Below are positions 35,514-49,584 of a DNA stretch of 64,000 nucleotides, one piece after another. How positions within the stretch are numbered: the stretch's first letter is position 1; each line of letters begins with the position of its first letter. A model generated the notes under the pieces. That model did not search any database and had not been told where the DNA came from. It saw nothing but the letters and a program-made list of their open reading frames with translations. Location: contig NW_005434670.1 of the NCBI RefSeq assembly GCF_000315625.1, forward strand, positions 412,833 through 476,832, given 5' to 3'. The DNA comes from Guillardia theta CCMP2712 (taxonomy: Eukaryota; Protista; Cryptophyta). A program made the translations under genes and the position numbers.

Positions 35514-36951
35514 ATGAGGAAACCGACGAGACGTGGAATGGAAGGAGATGTGGCTTATGGATTGAAGAGGGTTGGGGGTTGTTGTGAATTTTGAAAGGTT
35601 TTGTATGACGCAGATGAAGCGAAACCACGGGAGGAGGAGAAGAAGAGTGGAAGTTCCAAGGCGACAGAGGCAGCTGTGCAGGTGAGAGTCCTGCAGACAT
35701 GTTGAAGTTGACTCTGCTCTAGCGACTCAGAGATGGACGTTGCAAGATGATCCTTCTGTGCGACATTAAACTCAACGACCCGGTCAGAAATGTTTCCCTC
35801 CGTCATTTGGATCTCCTCGAGGGGTCGTTGAAATCGTTTTGAGTGTTCTTACTTGCAAACTCAGGACGTAACACAGTTAGCGCCTGCTGTCAAACAATCT
35901 ACTTGTCTCAGGTAGGCTTGTGGGATACAATCTTGAAGTCTTAATCTTTTGATTTCATTATTCCTCTTCCATTTTCGTTCGACGTATTTGGAGCCTTGAG
36001 GTCTGAATCTGCTTCTCAGGTCACTCTCTCTGCATGGAGCCAATCTCTCCGTCTCGTCAGCTAAACTCCTCGCAAACGCGTTGGCCTCTCACGAGGCTCT
36101 CACCATGCTTGACCTCGGGAACAATCTGCTCGGCTCCAAGGGCGTCGAGGTGAGTCGTTGCATGTTTCCCACTAGCGTCAAGTCATGTGCATGTCTCAGG
36201 ACGTCTGCAATGCGCTCATCCATAACACTTCGCTGCTTGCGCTTGGGTTAGCTCGCACGGCAATGGGTGATAGTGGTGCAACTGCCATGGCCCACGTGCT
36301 GCGAATCAACTGCAGCTTGACGGAGGTGACTTTGATTACTTGTTTTGCCTCAGTGAGGAATGGAGTATGGCAGGTATATCTCAATTCCAACGATATCACA
36401 GAGGAGGGAGCAACAGATCTGTCGGGGGCGCTTCTCTTCAACGACTCGTCGAGGCTCTCAAAGCTCTATCTCTACGGGAACCCTCTGGTCTTTTAGTTTC
36501 TTCTCCTCCGCTGTCTTCTTTCTTACCTGAACATCCGAGCAGGGCAAAGCAGGAGTGGATGAGTTCAAAAAACTTGAGAAGGATTGCCCCTTCGTGCAAG
36601 AGCGCGTTCCTCTCGATGATGCACGGGCTCTCGCTTTCGCCATGGCCACGCACAAGCGTCTCGGGGAGAACTCACAGGTAATTCGGTTGAACGAAAGAGG
36701 TGCGGGGAGAGATAACGGGCGGGCAGGTCAAGATCCTCAATGTGAAGGCTTCAGTCCACAAGTCAGAGAAGGGCATCCGCGAGGTAACTACTTCTTTCTT
36801 GCATCCGTCTCGCCTCTCCTTTCCCTCCTCCTTCAATTCAGGGTCTTGACAGGTCCGACGGTCGAATCCTCTTTTGCGGGTAATTCGCGCATGCTCCGAG
36901 TACCGGCAGAAGAAACGAGAATTTTATGGCCTAGAGGCCAACAAGAGCTGA
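35514..36951 (+). CDS. RNI-like/NLRC3-type LRR protein with C-terminal AFAMxxHxRLG motif
   Basis: LTMLDLGNNLLGSKG, LLALGLARTAMGDSGA, LTEVYLNSNDITEEGA, LSKLYLYGNPL; then ALAFAMATHKRLGENS. Confidence 0.8.
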
Positions 36952-37088
36952 TCGAGCTCGTGTATTGCATATAAATCAAAACCACTCGATGCAACGCTCT
37001 CAGTTCTCAGTCAGCCCATCAGTTTCACAATCTTCATTGCGACAGGTAAGCACTAGACAATTGAAAACTACTGCCTCAAACTCGGGAC

Positions 37089-37925
37089 TTAATCGTATCT
37101 GATGCGGAAATACTGAACTTCTCCGTTGTTGAGGTCCCTACAAGTCATGATGTCGAACTCGCCAACAATGCCACGCGGGATGTGACCGGTCTGAACCTGT
37201 GACTTGCCGGTGTAGATCTTCTTGAAACCGGTGTAGATGGTGTTGCCCGTGAAGTCTCCCATCAAGTTTCTGTAGCCACGGAGAGTGCATCGCATGTTGT
37301 GGTTGAGCTTGCCGTACACGCGAAGGTAGAACGACTCGCCAGCCCTAGACTTGCGCACAGTGAAGCTGCCACGAGTTTCGAAGCCCTTCTCAGTGAGCAT
37401 AGAAGGAGCAAATCCGATGTTGGGCAGGCGAGCAATGATGGCAGAGGCTCCGTTGAAGTCAGGAGGGCCAGGAACAGGCGCAACCACCGTGGGAGGAACG
37501 TTCTCGATGATCCCGCCCTCAGGGTTTCCAGCGACGTCTTCCTGTCCGCCCCTTACAACGAGTGACTGCTTGCGAACCTTGGAAGCCAAGGAAGTCCTGC
37601 GAGTGCGCTTGTCCGCCTCGAGCTGAGCAACCTCAGCACGGAGCTGATCGGTCGACATCGACTTGGCCTTTGCCAGGATCTCATTCATCTCTTGCTTGTT
37701 GAGTTGAGCGAGAGTGACGGAGCCATCATCCCAGAAACCCTCATCCTGATCGACAAGTTGAGCACCAGACGACCATGAGGAGGTAGAAGTCACCTGATCG
37801 TAGGAAACAAATGCCATACCGATCACGGCCATGCAAGCCAGAACGGCAATCCCTGCGTACATCATAGCAGTCTTTCTCCTCGGCATGGAAGATGTGACCG
37901 ATGGAACGGAGCCGTAGTCATTCAT
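37089..37925 (-). CDS. Type II single-pass membrane protein of unknown function
   Basis: Intronless 278-aa ORF: N-terminal DYGSV, TM YAGIAVLACMAVIGMAFV, basic beta-rich C-terminal domain; 5' UTR intron ~37932-38010. Confidence 0.75.
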   Translation of the reverse strand: MNDYGSVPSVTSSMPRRKTAMMYAGIAVLACMAVIGMAFVSYDQVTSTSSWSSGAQLVDQDEGFWDDGSVTLAQLNKQEMNEILAKAKSMSTDQLRAEVAQLEADKRTRRTSLASKVRKQSLVVRGGQEDVAGNPEGGIIENVPPTVVAPVPGPPDFNGASAIIARLPNIGFAPSMLTEKGFETRGSFTVRKSRAGESFYLRVYGKLNHNMRCTLRGYRNLMGDFTGNTIYTGFKKIYTGKSQVQTGHIPRGIVGEFDIMTCRDLNNGEVQYFRIRYD

Positions 37926-39152
37926 CACGGCCTGACATTACCATCAGTCAAACATGTACAAACTAGAACATTGAAACAGAAGCAGCTTCTCTTGGGTCAA
38001 CATCACTCACACGATACAGCTCGCAGGAAGGAGGTCAAATCGAGAAAAACTATGAAAGTTCAAACAACCCCAGTTGTGATGCATAGATGCTTAGCTGGGG
38101 ATGTCGTGTATGTAACAGACAAAGAAACACCAGCTGAATTTTAGCATAGGAAGCACGACAAACGCAGAAAAGCAGCACAAGTCATCAAACAAATTCCTTC
38201 CTCCCACGAGCTTCTACCAACCTCCTCTGCCCCATCTCAGCCCTCTCGACCAACCAATGTTTCAATCAAATACACGATAGATGGAAACAATGTCTTCTCA
38301 GGAAACATCATCCTTGACTCAGCATGACTCAAACTCATCTCTTGCTCCTAATCCTAACCATTTATGTGTCCCTCTGCCCCCAAAGTCTTCAACAGATTTC
38401 AAGTCCACAACATGATATTGAGCTGCATTCTATCATCATCGCGCGTGGGACCTTCTCTCGAACTGTTCATCTTCCACCTCTCGTACTTGTCTTCCCCTTC
38501 CCCTTCTTCTCTTCCCCATCTCTCCCCTTCCTGCCTCTTAGTCTCTCACCATCGGAAGCGCCAGACCGAGCCACGCGAAGAGACACCTATTTTACTCAAA
38601 TATTACCCACCCCTACCCCCTCCTGCTCTTGCACACCCTCTGGTTCAGCTGATTACAACCACCGGTACCTTTGCAACTTATTTTCGACTACCCCCAATAT
38701 CAATACTTCAGTACCCCACCTTGGTATAGCTTGCAATGTCGAGAGGTTGAGTACCCTACCCATCTTCATCTCCCTTGCATTGAGCCTTTGTTTTCAAAAT
38801 TTCCTCTATATTTTGAAGATATACCCAGAAAATTGCTTCAGACAGACACGAAATCGTAAATGTATAAAAGGTTATGAGCCTTTGCATTTTAACTCAAGTG
38901 CTGGAACCTCGGATGAACCCAGCGGGAGGGCCCGGGCCCGATCAAGCCATAACCACCCACCCATACATGACCCTACCCCTTGTACTACACAGTTTGTGAG
39001 AGCACTACCCCTACCTATCCTACTACAGCTGTCTCGAGTCACCTCTAAGTAATACTACCCCCGGTTTCACGAGGGGGTGAATTACCCCACCCTGACTAGA
39101 AACCAAAAGTACCCTACCCCTGATTGGCAACAGTTCCCGTGTCCAGTTGGCC

Positions 39153-40703
<1,551 letters not shown>

Positions 40704-40895
40704 GGAAGCTCGTTGGGGGTTGAGACGCGAGACTTCAATAAATTTACAGCTAGCACAATTCCTCCCTTGCCTCCCTCCCTCCCTCCCTCCCTCCCTCGTC
40801 TCATTCTTCTATTTCTGTCTGTTTCGATCATTCTCTGGTTCCCTCCACATGCATGGTATGCTTTGTTGCTCCTAATGCATTCCCGGTGCCTCAAG

Positions 40896-40921
40896 CTCCT
40901 CCTGCTCCTGTTCCTGCTCTT

Positions 40922-40957
<36 letters not shown>

Positions 40958-40992
40958 CCTGCTCCTGCTCCTGCTCCTCCTGCTCCTCCTCC
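40896..40992. repeat. (CTCCTG)n simple repeat
   Basis: Visible tandem hexamer, intergenic. Confidence 0.85.
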
Positions 40993-41107
40993 TCGACATC
41001 TCGTTGCCCCCGCACTTGACTGATTCACATCCCTCGCCCCGCACTGCCAGCATGGATTTTTTTCATGACCCTCCTCCCCCGCGTGAATTCCGGGGGCCGT
41101 AAGAGCC

Positions 41108-42208
41108 ATGGCGCTGGTGGGACGCAGGCAGCCGCTGCTGTTGCTCGTTGGGCGTGGGCTCAAGGAGGCGTGGAGGATCAAGACGGCAGACGCAGCATAC
41201 GGCAAATCCGAGGGGGGGAGGAACACCTGGATCTCGCACGCTCGCTCCTTCTCTTCCAAGTCACCCAAACCACAGAGCATCCTTCGTCCGCAGCTGAGCT
41301 TCGACGCCCTGCAGAAGAAAGCAGACGAGGGAGACGTTCAGTCCATGTTCCTGCTGGGCTCTGCCTACTTGAAGGGTCAGCTCGGGGCGAAGAAGGACTA
41401 TGACAAGGCCCGGATGAGGTTTGAGCAGGCGGCGGAGCATGAGCACAAGCAGGCCTTGTTCAACCTGGGGGTGATGTACCTCGAGGGGCAGGGAGTGACG
41501 GCCGATGCTCCTAGAGCGGTCAGCTTGTTTCAACGAGCTGCAGCTCAGGGTCTCGCAGAGGCTCAGTACAACCTCGGCAACTGCTACCATGCTGGCACTG
41601 GAGTGGATAAGGACGAGGAGGCAGCGATGGAGCAGGCAAGCGCCTGACAGGGAGGCGCGTGAGCTAAGCTGCTTGTCTCCAGTTCTCTCTTGCAGCAGGT
41701 CAGGGGGACCACAAGGCCTGTCTCCGTCTCGCCCTCGCCTACATCTCCGGGGATGGTGAGCAGCTGCTGGGCTCTCCTAGGATGACCTGCCGGCAGGGGT
41801 CAACCAGGACAGCCAGGCAGCGCGACAGATTCTGCAGTAGCGGCATGAGGAGAGGAGGTAGACACTAACCGTGTGGCAGACGACCGGCCTTCGACGGAAA
41901 CGCTGAAGCCCAGGTCACTCAGTCAGCGATGTATTGATGACGATGATGATGATGATGATAATGATGTTGATGATGATGACGACGACGACGACGATGACGA
42001 TGATCATCACGATAACGATGAGATATTCTGATGCTGATCGCTTGCAGTTCTTGCTGGGATATCTCTTGTTGAACATCGAGGAAGCGTCAGAGGTACATTG
42101 AATTTTCTGCTCCAACGAATGTAACAAGAGTTTGAATTGACAGCAAAACATCAAAGACGCGTCCTTCAATCTGGAAAGCGCATCTTCAAAAGGCTTTATT
42201 GCCGCTAA
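41108..42208 (+). CDS. Sel1-like repeat protein, probably mitochondrial
   Basis: SMFLLGSAYLKG, ALFNLGVMYLEGQGV, AQYNLGNCYHAGTGV, ACLRLALAYISGDG; Arg-rich N-terminus. Confidence 0.9.
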
Positions 42209-43181
42209 AGTGAGAAGAGGAAGTCATTTCGGCCTCTCAGTTTGAGAATTCTCTTGTCCAGCATTATCTTGGCATGTGCCTTCTCAAGGGACATAGACTC
42301 GAAGCAGACATGGTGAGTTGAGAGGATTTGAACTGATGGGGAGCATGCGGAGCTGGCATGCTTGTGACGATGATTGTTCATAGTCAAGGGCAAGCTCTCT
42401 CCTGCAAGAAGCAGCACTGGCAGGGCACGGACAGTCCGCATATGAGCTTCACAAGATGTACAAAGAGGGTAAGGCGATTCCATTCGCAACTCCAAACCCT
42501 CTCCTTTCAACTCGCTCTTCGACGCTGCTCCTCACTGCTGTGAAGAGGCAGACCTGCTGCCTGTCCCCTCCCTCCCCGCGCGCTCTCTTGGCTCTCTCTT
42601 GTTCCCTGCCTCGCCTTGCCCCCACCCTCCTCATCATCCTCGTCAGGCAAGAATCTCGACGCTGAGAGTCGCAAGTGGCTTGAGGTGCGTCCGTCTGGTC
42701 TGAGGAGAGGAAGTGACGTCGAGGCAGAGAGCTGCTGAGCTGGGGGTGAAGGAAGCCTTGACCGAGTGACTTGTGCTCTTCCCCCCTCGCCCGTGTGACT
42801 GTTGCTTCCACAGGTTGAAAGGCGCCAAGTGACGGAAAGCTAGACGCTAACGGGGGGAGGCAGGGGGAGAACAGGGAGGAGAGGGAAGGCAGGGAGAGAG
42901 TTGAGGAGAGGAGGACGGGATAGAAACGAAGCGAATAAATTGATCGAGAAGAAAGAGTCAAGCCCGATAAATCTTGAGTTGAAGCTAAGATGCTGCCAGA
43001 CACGTTTCTTTCTCACTCTGCTTGCAACCCTCCACCTTCTTCTTTCCTTCCCACCCTCCCCCTGTCTTGGTCATCCTCCTCGCTCCCCGCTGCCCCTCCT
43101 TCCCTCATAGCAGCATGGCGAGGGCTTGCATTTCTTTTTATTCCAGTCCTACCGTTTGCTGTTGGGACTGTCGGGGAGGAA

Positions 43182-46100
43182 ATGTCGGCCCATGCCGCCA
43201 TGGTGAGGGGAGGGGAGCAAGTGCTGGAGGCGGCGGGAGAGGAGCAGGGAGCGATGCTGGCGCACACGCTCTTCTTTGCGGAAGAGGAAGGAGCATCGGA
43301 GATGAGACGGCGAGTCCTCGGCGAGTCGTTCAGGTGAGCGTCGGAGCTCGTGAGTCAACATCTGATGCTGCCGCTCAGTGCTGGGCTCTTCGGGCGAGGG
43401 TCTGAGGTGAGCAAGGGACTACTGGAGGAGGGGAAGCAGCTGCTGGACTCTCTACCTGAGGAGAAGCTGGAGGAGCTGACGTCGACCCTCCTCTCCTCCG
43501 ACAGCGCTCTTGCCTGCTTGTTTCGATCGCAAATCTTGCAGGAGAGCCAGAGGGCAATGGAGGAGAACGTGCAGGAGCTCGTGGCTGAGCTGCGACTTGC
43601 AGGAGAGCAGCTGCTACGGAGAGCGCCGGAGGGAATTCTCATCGCGATCTTAGCGGCAGTGCTGGAGGGACGAGGCATCGTCTCCTCTCAGATCCGGCAG
43701 CTGTTCCAAGGGAGCTCAGTGGAAGAGGCAGCAGCGGGTCTGCTAGTAGCAGGAGGAGCGTTCTCTGTCAAGTACAATCTCTGTACTGTCGATGGGCTCA
43801 AACCCACCCTTGGGGTCACGGCGGGAGGTGAAGGCAACAGGGCAAGACAAGCGATTCCCCTGGATCAGCAGCAAGCAGACTTGTTGAGCTCAAGAATGGA
43901 GGAGTCGGGGAAGAGTAAGCTTATCTGATGAAGCGATGATCTGTTAATGTGAAGCTACGATGGTGTCTTCGAGTGATGGTATGATGGTGTGGAGATATGA
44001 TGGAGTGACATGACGATATATGGCATGAGATGACCTGGTGACATGATGGTATGATGGTGTGATAACGATGGTCTCGCAGAGTTTGTCGTGGAGGCTCACG
44101 ATTGGCAACCGTTGGACGATTGCGAGCATGTTGTGAGGTTGGAGAGCAAGAGGAGAAATCGCATCAAGTCGGAGCTGCCCAAGACTGGAGAGATCGACCA
44201 CGAGCAGTGGGTCATGTACGAGTTCAACGCGGGAGATGATTGGACGGCCTTCGAAGTCGTCTGCGAGGTGCGCGGGACTGAGGGCGGCGGCAGCTCGTGA
44301 CTGTGCTGGGCAGGGCAGCCAAGGGCTCCTGGTGATACAGCGAGAAGAGATTCGGGAGGACATGAAGCAGGACCGCAACTTTGAGCGCGAGGTGCTCGAC
44401 CTCGAGGAGCGACTCCGAGCCAAGGAGGAGGAGATCGAGAGAGAGCAGGAGACTAACAGCACTAAAGTGCTGCAACTTCAGCGTGAGGCCGCGGCGATGA
44501 ACAAGAAGTTGGAGGCTCTGATCAACTCGAGGTGCTCCCCTCCCTCCCCTCTCCTCCCCTCTCCTCCTCTCTCCTCCCCTTTGACTTGTTCTGACGCCCT
44601 GGCAGGACCAAGTCTCTCTGCCTCCTCTTCTCCAACGCGACAGAGCTGAAGCGAGTCGTGATCAGAAACAAGTCGGCACGAGCCAACGCCATCCAGCGCC
44701 CGATCTTCCTAGAGGGCTGTCAGTTCTCAGGGAGGTGGTACATCGGGCTCAAGAGCTCTCTCAACGCCTACAAGCTCATGACCTTCCGCCTGTCCGTGCG
44801 GTTCTCGCGTGACGTGAGCATGTACGAAATTCAGGTGGAGATGAGCTCCAAGAGCAAGGTGGATGTCTCCGAGCAAGACCGGCAGCGCATGGAGTCTGAG
44901 AAGAAGGCGATAGCAGCCAAGGACATGCACGCCTTGCAGCGCATCCGGTGGGAGAAGTGGAACAAAGTCGATCTTGCGCGGGGGCTGCAGTCCTTGTACG
45001 TGAGCAAGTGGTATCACCCGGAATGCCACACAGCTGTAGTTCACTGTCAACGACTCGTGCGCGGGTTCCTGGGGCGGAGGCTCTTGCGTTGGTTGCGGTC
45101 AGTGGCAGTGAGGAGGGGAGAGGTGAAGAAGAAGGACGAGGATATGCGGTCTCGCTTGTCTTTCAGCGACAAGAAGCTCTTGACGAGATTCTCCTCTACT
45201 CCCGTCTTCCAGGAGCTGGACGATGCGAGGTATGCCGAGGCAGCAGCGATGATGCTCAAGTACGGGAACCTAGAGAATCTCGGGGAGGTGACGCATGCAG
45301 CACGAGCAATCTTCAACGTCGTCGACGTCGACGGGTCGGGCGAGATGGACGTGAAAGAGCTAGGGACAGGCTTGAGCATGCTCGGGCTAGATGACGTCCC
45401 CGAAGAGCAGGTGCAGCAAGTGCTGAACCACTTCGACGCGGACGGGAGCGGGTCGATCGACAAGGAGGAGTTCGTGTCGATGGTTGCGGTGTTGTGTAGC
45501 AGCCAAGGAGGAAGCGTGAAGAAAGCGCTCAAGAAGCTGAGCACAGGAGTCAAGCGAGACCTCAAGGTTCAGCGTCGGGAGATCAAGCACGAGGCCTCGC
45601 AGGTCGCTGTCAGGGACATGACCAACACCCAGCTCGACAACATGCTGGAGCGACTGCGCGTGCGCGTGCGATGCAGGGACGAAGAGAAGGCGGAGCAGGA
45701 GGCAGAGCTGCGTCGGAAGGAGGAGGAGCGGAAGGAGCAGGAACGAGCTGCGGAGATCTACCTCGAGGAGCGAAGAAAGCTGCGGGTGCTGGAGGAGAAC
45801 ATGAGGCAGGCGCGGGAGGACGAGCGGGTGAGGCAGGAGCGAAGAGCCCTTGTCGCCACCTTCACCGACGTCAACGTGGCTCTCTCCTCTCTACTCAACC
45901 AGCACAGCAAGAACTCGTCCCATGACGCCAGCATCGCCATCCTCTTCCAAGAGCTGTGCGAACCCGCGGCGCCTCCTCCCCAGCCGACGGTAACCAAACA
46001 AGGACTTCGCAGAGCGGCAGACTCAATGGGGCTGAGCATCTCCGCCTTCACGCTGGACAATCTCTTCAGGGTCTTCGCAGGTGGTGGACAGGATGGGCTG

Positions 46101-46184
46101 AGCATGAGCGAGTTTCGCGTGATGGTGGAGACTCTCGTGTTGAGCACGCAGACAGACGTTGCTGACTCTCGGTTTAATGAATAG
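43182..46184 (+). CDS. Large IQ-motif + EF-hand + coiled-coil protein
   Basis: IQ-like AVVHCQRLVRGFLGRR; EF loops DVDGSGEMDVKEL and DADGSGSIDKEEF; degenerate C-terminal EF pair. Joining of the upstream exons (43182-44650) is inferred. Confidence 0.75.
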
Positions 46185-46535
46185 CTGCGGGCTACTTCCT
46201 CCTCCCCTCGCGCTACTTGCACCATTCACTCCGCGATCTTGTTGGACCTGCAAGAATCTCGTGAGACACAACCAGCAACACGTGGATACGCAAATCAATG
46301 TCGGGATAGACAAGATGACTACCATTGCCACCACACCTTGACAAGGTACAGGTGGCAATGAGACAACAAACATCCCTTGATCTTCTGTTGCACAAAGATT
46401 GACAGAAGCGATCGATGCAGCATCCACGAGAAAGGAAGGCAGATCACTTGTCGTGCTAGATGAAGGCTCGCTACAACTCCCGTCCGAAGAGCGAAGAAAA
46501 GATGAATCCTTGTCCTTTATATGCAGCTTCTCTTC

Positions 46536-46543
<8 letters not shown>

Positions 46544-46611
<68 letters not shown>
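46544..46611. repeat. (CT)n microsatellite
   Basis: Perfect dinucleotide run. Confidence 0.95.
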
Positions 46612-46616
<5 letters not shown>

Positions 46617-47060
46617 TCTTCTCCTCTCTTCCTATCACTCTCTCCTCCTCTCCTCGCTGAGCCGCCATGGCCCCCAATCATCTTGTTCGCTCACTTTCTG
46701 CATGGGGGGACGCAACTTCGCTCGTGCAAGACTCATCTCCCTCATCTCATCTCCCGCACGCCAGGCCCAGTGGTCCAGGCCCAGCCGCTGCGCACCCAGC
46801 GGGCCGGGCCCGCGGGCCGGCCGGGCCCGTCTCGCTTGCAGTGAGTCGTACTGCGGCGACCCGGCGCCGCAGCCAGCCGCCGGGCCTGGCAGTGGGGGCA
46901 GTGAACTGAATCAGCGGACCCGCGGCACCGCTCGGAGGCCCGCACAGCCCAGGCGGTCAGTGACTCCGAGTCAGCGAGAGAAGAAAAACGCGGCAAATCG
47001 GTCGAGAAAATTCATTAAGAACCTCACGGCAACCTGCTACGCTGCTTCCTCTGCTCGCCT

Positions 47061-49584
47061 TCACTCGTCCGGGTTTAAGTTCACCATCTGCCGTACAGAG
47101 TCAGCAGGACTGCGGCGCAACCCCAACGACAAGATCTGACCGTCTTGGAGAGGTCGAGAGGCTTTCCGTAAATCCGCTCGTAGATGTCCTGCGAGCGAGG
47201 TGAACAAGAAAGATGGCACAACAAGCTCACCATGACATCGTCGGACGTGTGCTCGAAGTGGCTGCTCGCATCGTAACTGCAACCAGGTCAGCACCAGCGC
47301 CCAACGTCCCTCGTCCTCACGATTTCGAGATGTAGCACTTGTCCTCATGGCCGAGCTTGTTCGGGACCTTCCAGTCCTTCTGAGGAGGAGCGAAAACGTG
47401 CAAGGAGGCGTACCTTGATATCGTAGACGTCGAAGAAGAAGGAGTCAACTTTGCCGAGGATCTTGAGACCATCCTTCAGCTCCTCGCTCGCTACCTTGGA
47501 CAGGTTGGCCTCAATGTCCGTCCTCTGCCATCTTGTCAGCTCTTCGAGCTCTGCCACCAGTCACCGACGTTGGTGATGGTCGAGACGAACGCGATGTACT
47601 TGCCCTGCCCGCCACGAGGTCAGGCGCGCGACGCGTCATCTCCTCCTCACCTCAGCCGCCACCATGTGGCTCGCGGAGACGCAGAACACGTACACGTCAT
47701 GCGTCCTGCCGATCTTCCTCCTTGTGTCAGAGCAACCACGAGGCTGTCGCTGCAGAGCACCTGATTCTGCGGGAGAATGATCTGAGCTGAAGGCTCCGAC
47801 CCTGGTGTGATCGGATGCGACAAGATGGCGATGCATCTGACAACCTGAGAGGTCCCGAGGAGTCAGGTCAACTCACGTCTGCAGCAGCCAAGGGCACCTT
47901 CTCCGTCACTCTGCACTGATCAGGGAAGTATGTCGGGTCGGCTACGATGAACTTGCACTTGGCAAAGGCCTACAGGAGGATCAATGGCTAGGGGCGGCGG
48001 AGCAAGACCTCTCCCACCGGCTTTCCTTCCTCGTTCATGGACACCACACCGCAAGCTTCTCCCTGGCAGTTACTTGACAGTCAGGATCTCCTTCTTCCAC
48101 GCATTTCCCACCGCCGAGTTGTAGACGATCCTCTCGATGGGCTTGTGCAGCATATAAGTGCCTCCATAAACGGCCGCCTGCGGCTAGTCAGCGCTTGCCC
48201 AGCAACCATCCGTTATCAGTACCAGGCGAGCGAACGCCTGCGGCAGCTCTCCCAGACCGTAGAGGGGATACAAATAGGGCGACTTGCCGTAGCTAGCGCA
48301 GTAATGAGATAGAGAGACATTTGAGGAGGACAGACCGAGCAAGCGACTCGCCATAAAGCTTGCATCGCTCCACCATCTCCTCCGCGGGTCTTGTCAAATA
48401 TCTGAAGCCGGCCTCAGTACACCACAACCTTGCAATATCCGCATCCATACCCATCATTGTCGTAGAGAGCAAGGGCGTGTCCAATGAAATCTACAGTCCC
48501 TGTGAACTACTTGTCAGTTTCAGATCGGCTTTATCGTTTCACTTTCACCTTTCTCCAATCCAAACTTACTAAACAACTCCTGGCTCGTCATTCGCTGAAG
48601 GTTATGTCCCTGTGATTGATTGTGAATGACTGACGCGTCGTTCAGACACGTCCTGACCTGATGTGTCTTTGGTTCGTTGCGATCAAAGTCCTGCACGAAG
48701 ACCAAGAACTTGCGCAAACGATTCTTTTCGAAGAACCCAACCTGCGCAGGAAGTGTGAAATTCAAGCATGTAGGGAGCTGAAACATGGCGTTGGAAGAAG
48801 AGGGAGATAGCACAACACGTCGGGAAGGACTTTGAAGTCATCACCAGCGGCGTTGAAGCAGCCTCAGTGCCGGTTGCAGGAACCTAATCAGCAGGGTGTG
48901 AGCTTTCCTGGGCATCATCATCAGGCACTGCAGAACAAGACCTTGTTGATCTTTCCATCCTTGAGCACGTAGCTACCATCGACCTGACTATCCTGTCAAG
49001 GAATGACAAGATCGGTACGATGCTCGCCTGTTTGAACTCGAGGTAGCGATTGACGTTGGTCATGATCAGCATCTTGACAAGCTTGCCGTTTGCCATGATG
49101 AATTTGGGGGCGAGGTCAATGTTGAAGTCCCTGCTGTTTCCGAGAGCAGGCTGAAGTAGAACGAGAAATCATGGTACATTCCTCACAATCAGCACGTACA
49201 TTCGGCTGAGCTCCAAAGCGCTGGAACAGCTGGTTAAGATTGATCGACGCCGACTCTCCTCCATAGTAGTCGTTCCTATCCATGTGCAGCACCTTCTTAC
49301 CGTCCACAGACAGGATGCCTGCAGCAGCATGAGCCCGGAGCAAGGAGGGAGCAAGGAGGGAGCAAAGAAGGAGCAAAGAAGGAGCAAGCGCGAGAACCGG
49401 AGATGATGCACTCCTTGAGACCAGTCCCAAGAACAATGGCATCGTACTCGCCATCTGCCAGTGGGGGTAGCGAAGTCCCGTCAGGAAGCTGGATCATCTA
49501 TAAACAGCGTCAGGCATTGAGAGGTCAGTGAGGGAGAGCTGCTGCTACCTCGGGGGGGGCGGGAGTGTCTTGCTCGTCCGACAT
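47061..49584 (-). CDS. GDI: Rab GDP-dissociation inhibitor
   Basis: [121 protein letters not shown]. Confidence 0.95.

Noticed and set aside
38324-39052. 242-aa ORF with signal-like start
   Set aside because: Atypical composition and no motifs; overlaps a TACCCC-rich intergenic island upstream of FBPase.
42205-43110. Possible minus-strand gene between the Sel1 and EF-hand genes
   Set aside because: No coherent exon chain or recognisable motif.
43955-44075. ATGATGGT-like degenerate repeat (and GAT/GAC run at 41935-42020)
   Set aside because: Low-complexity intronic filler; no structure beyond simple repeats.
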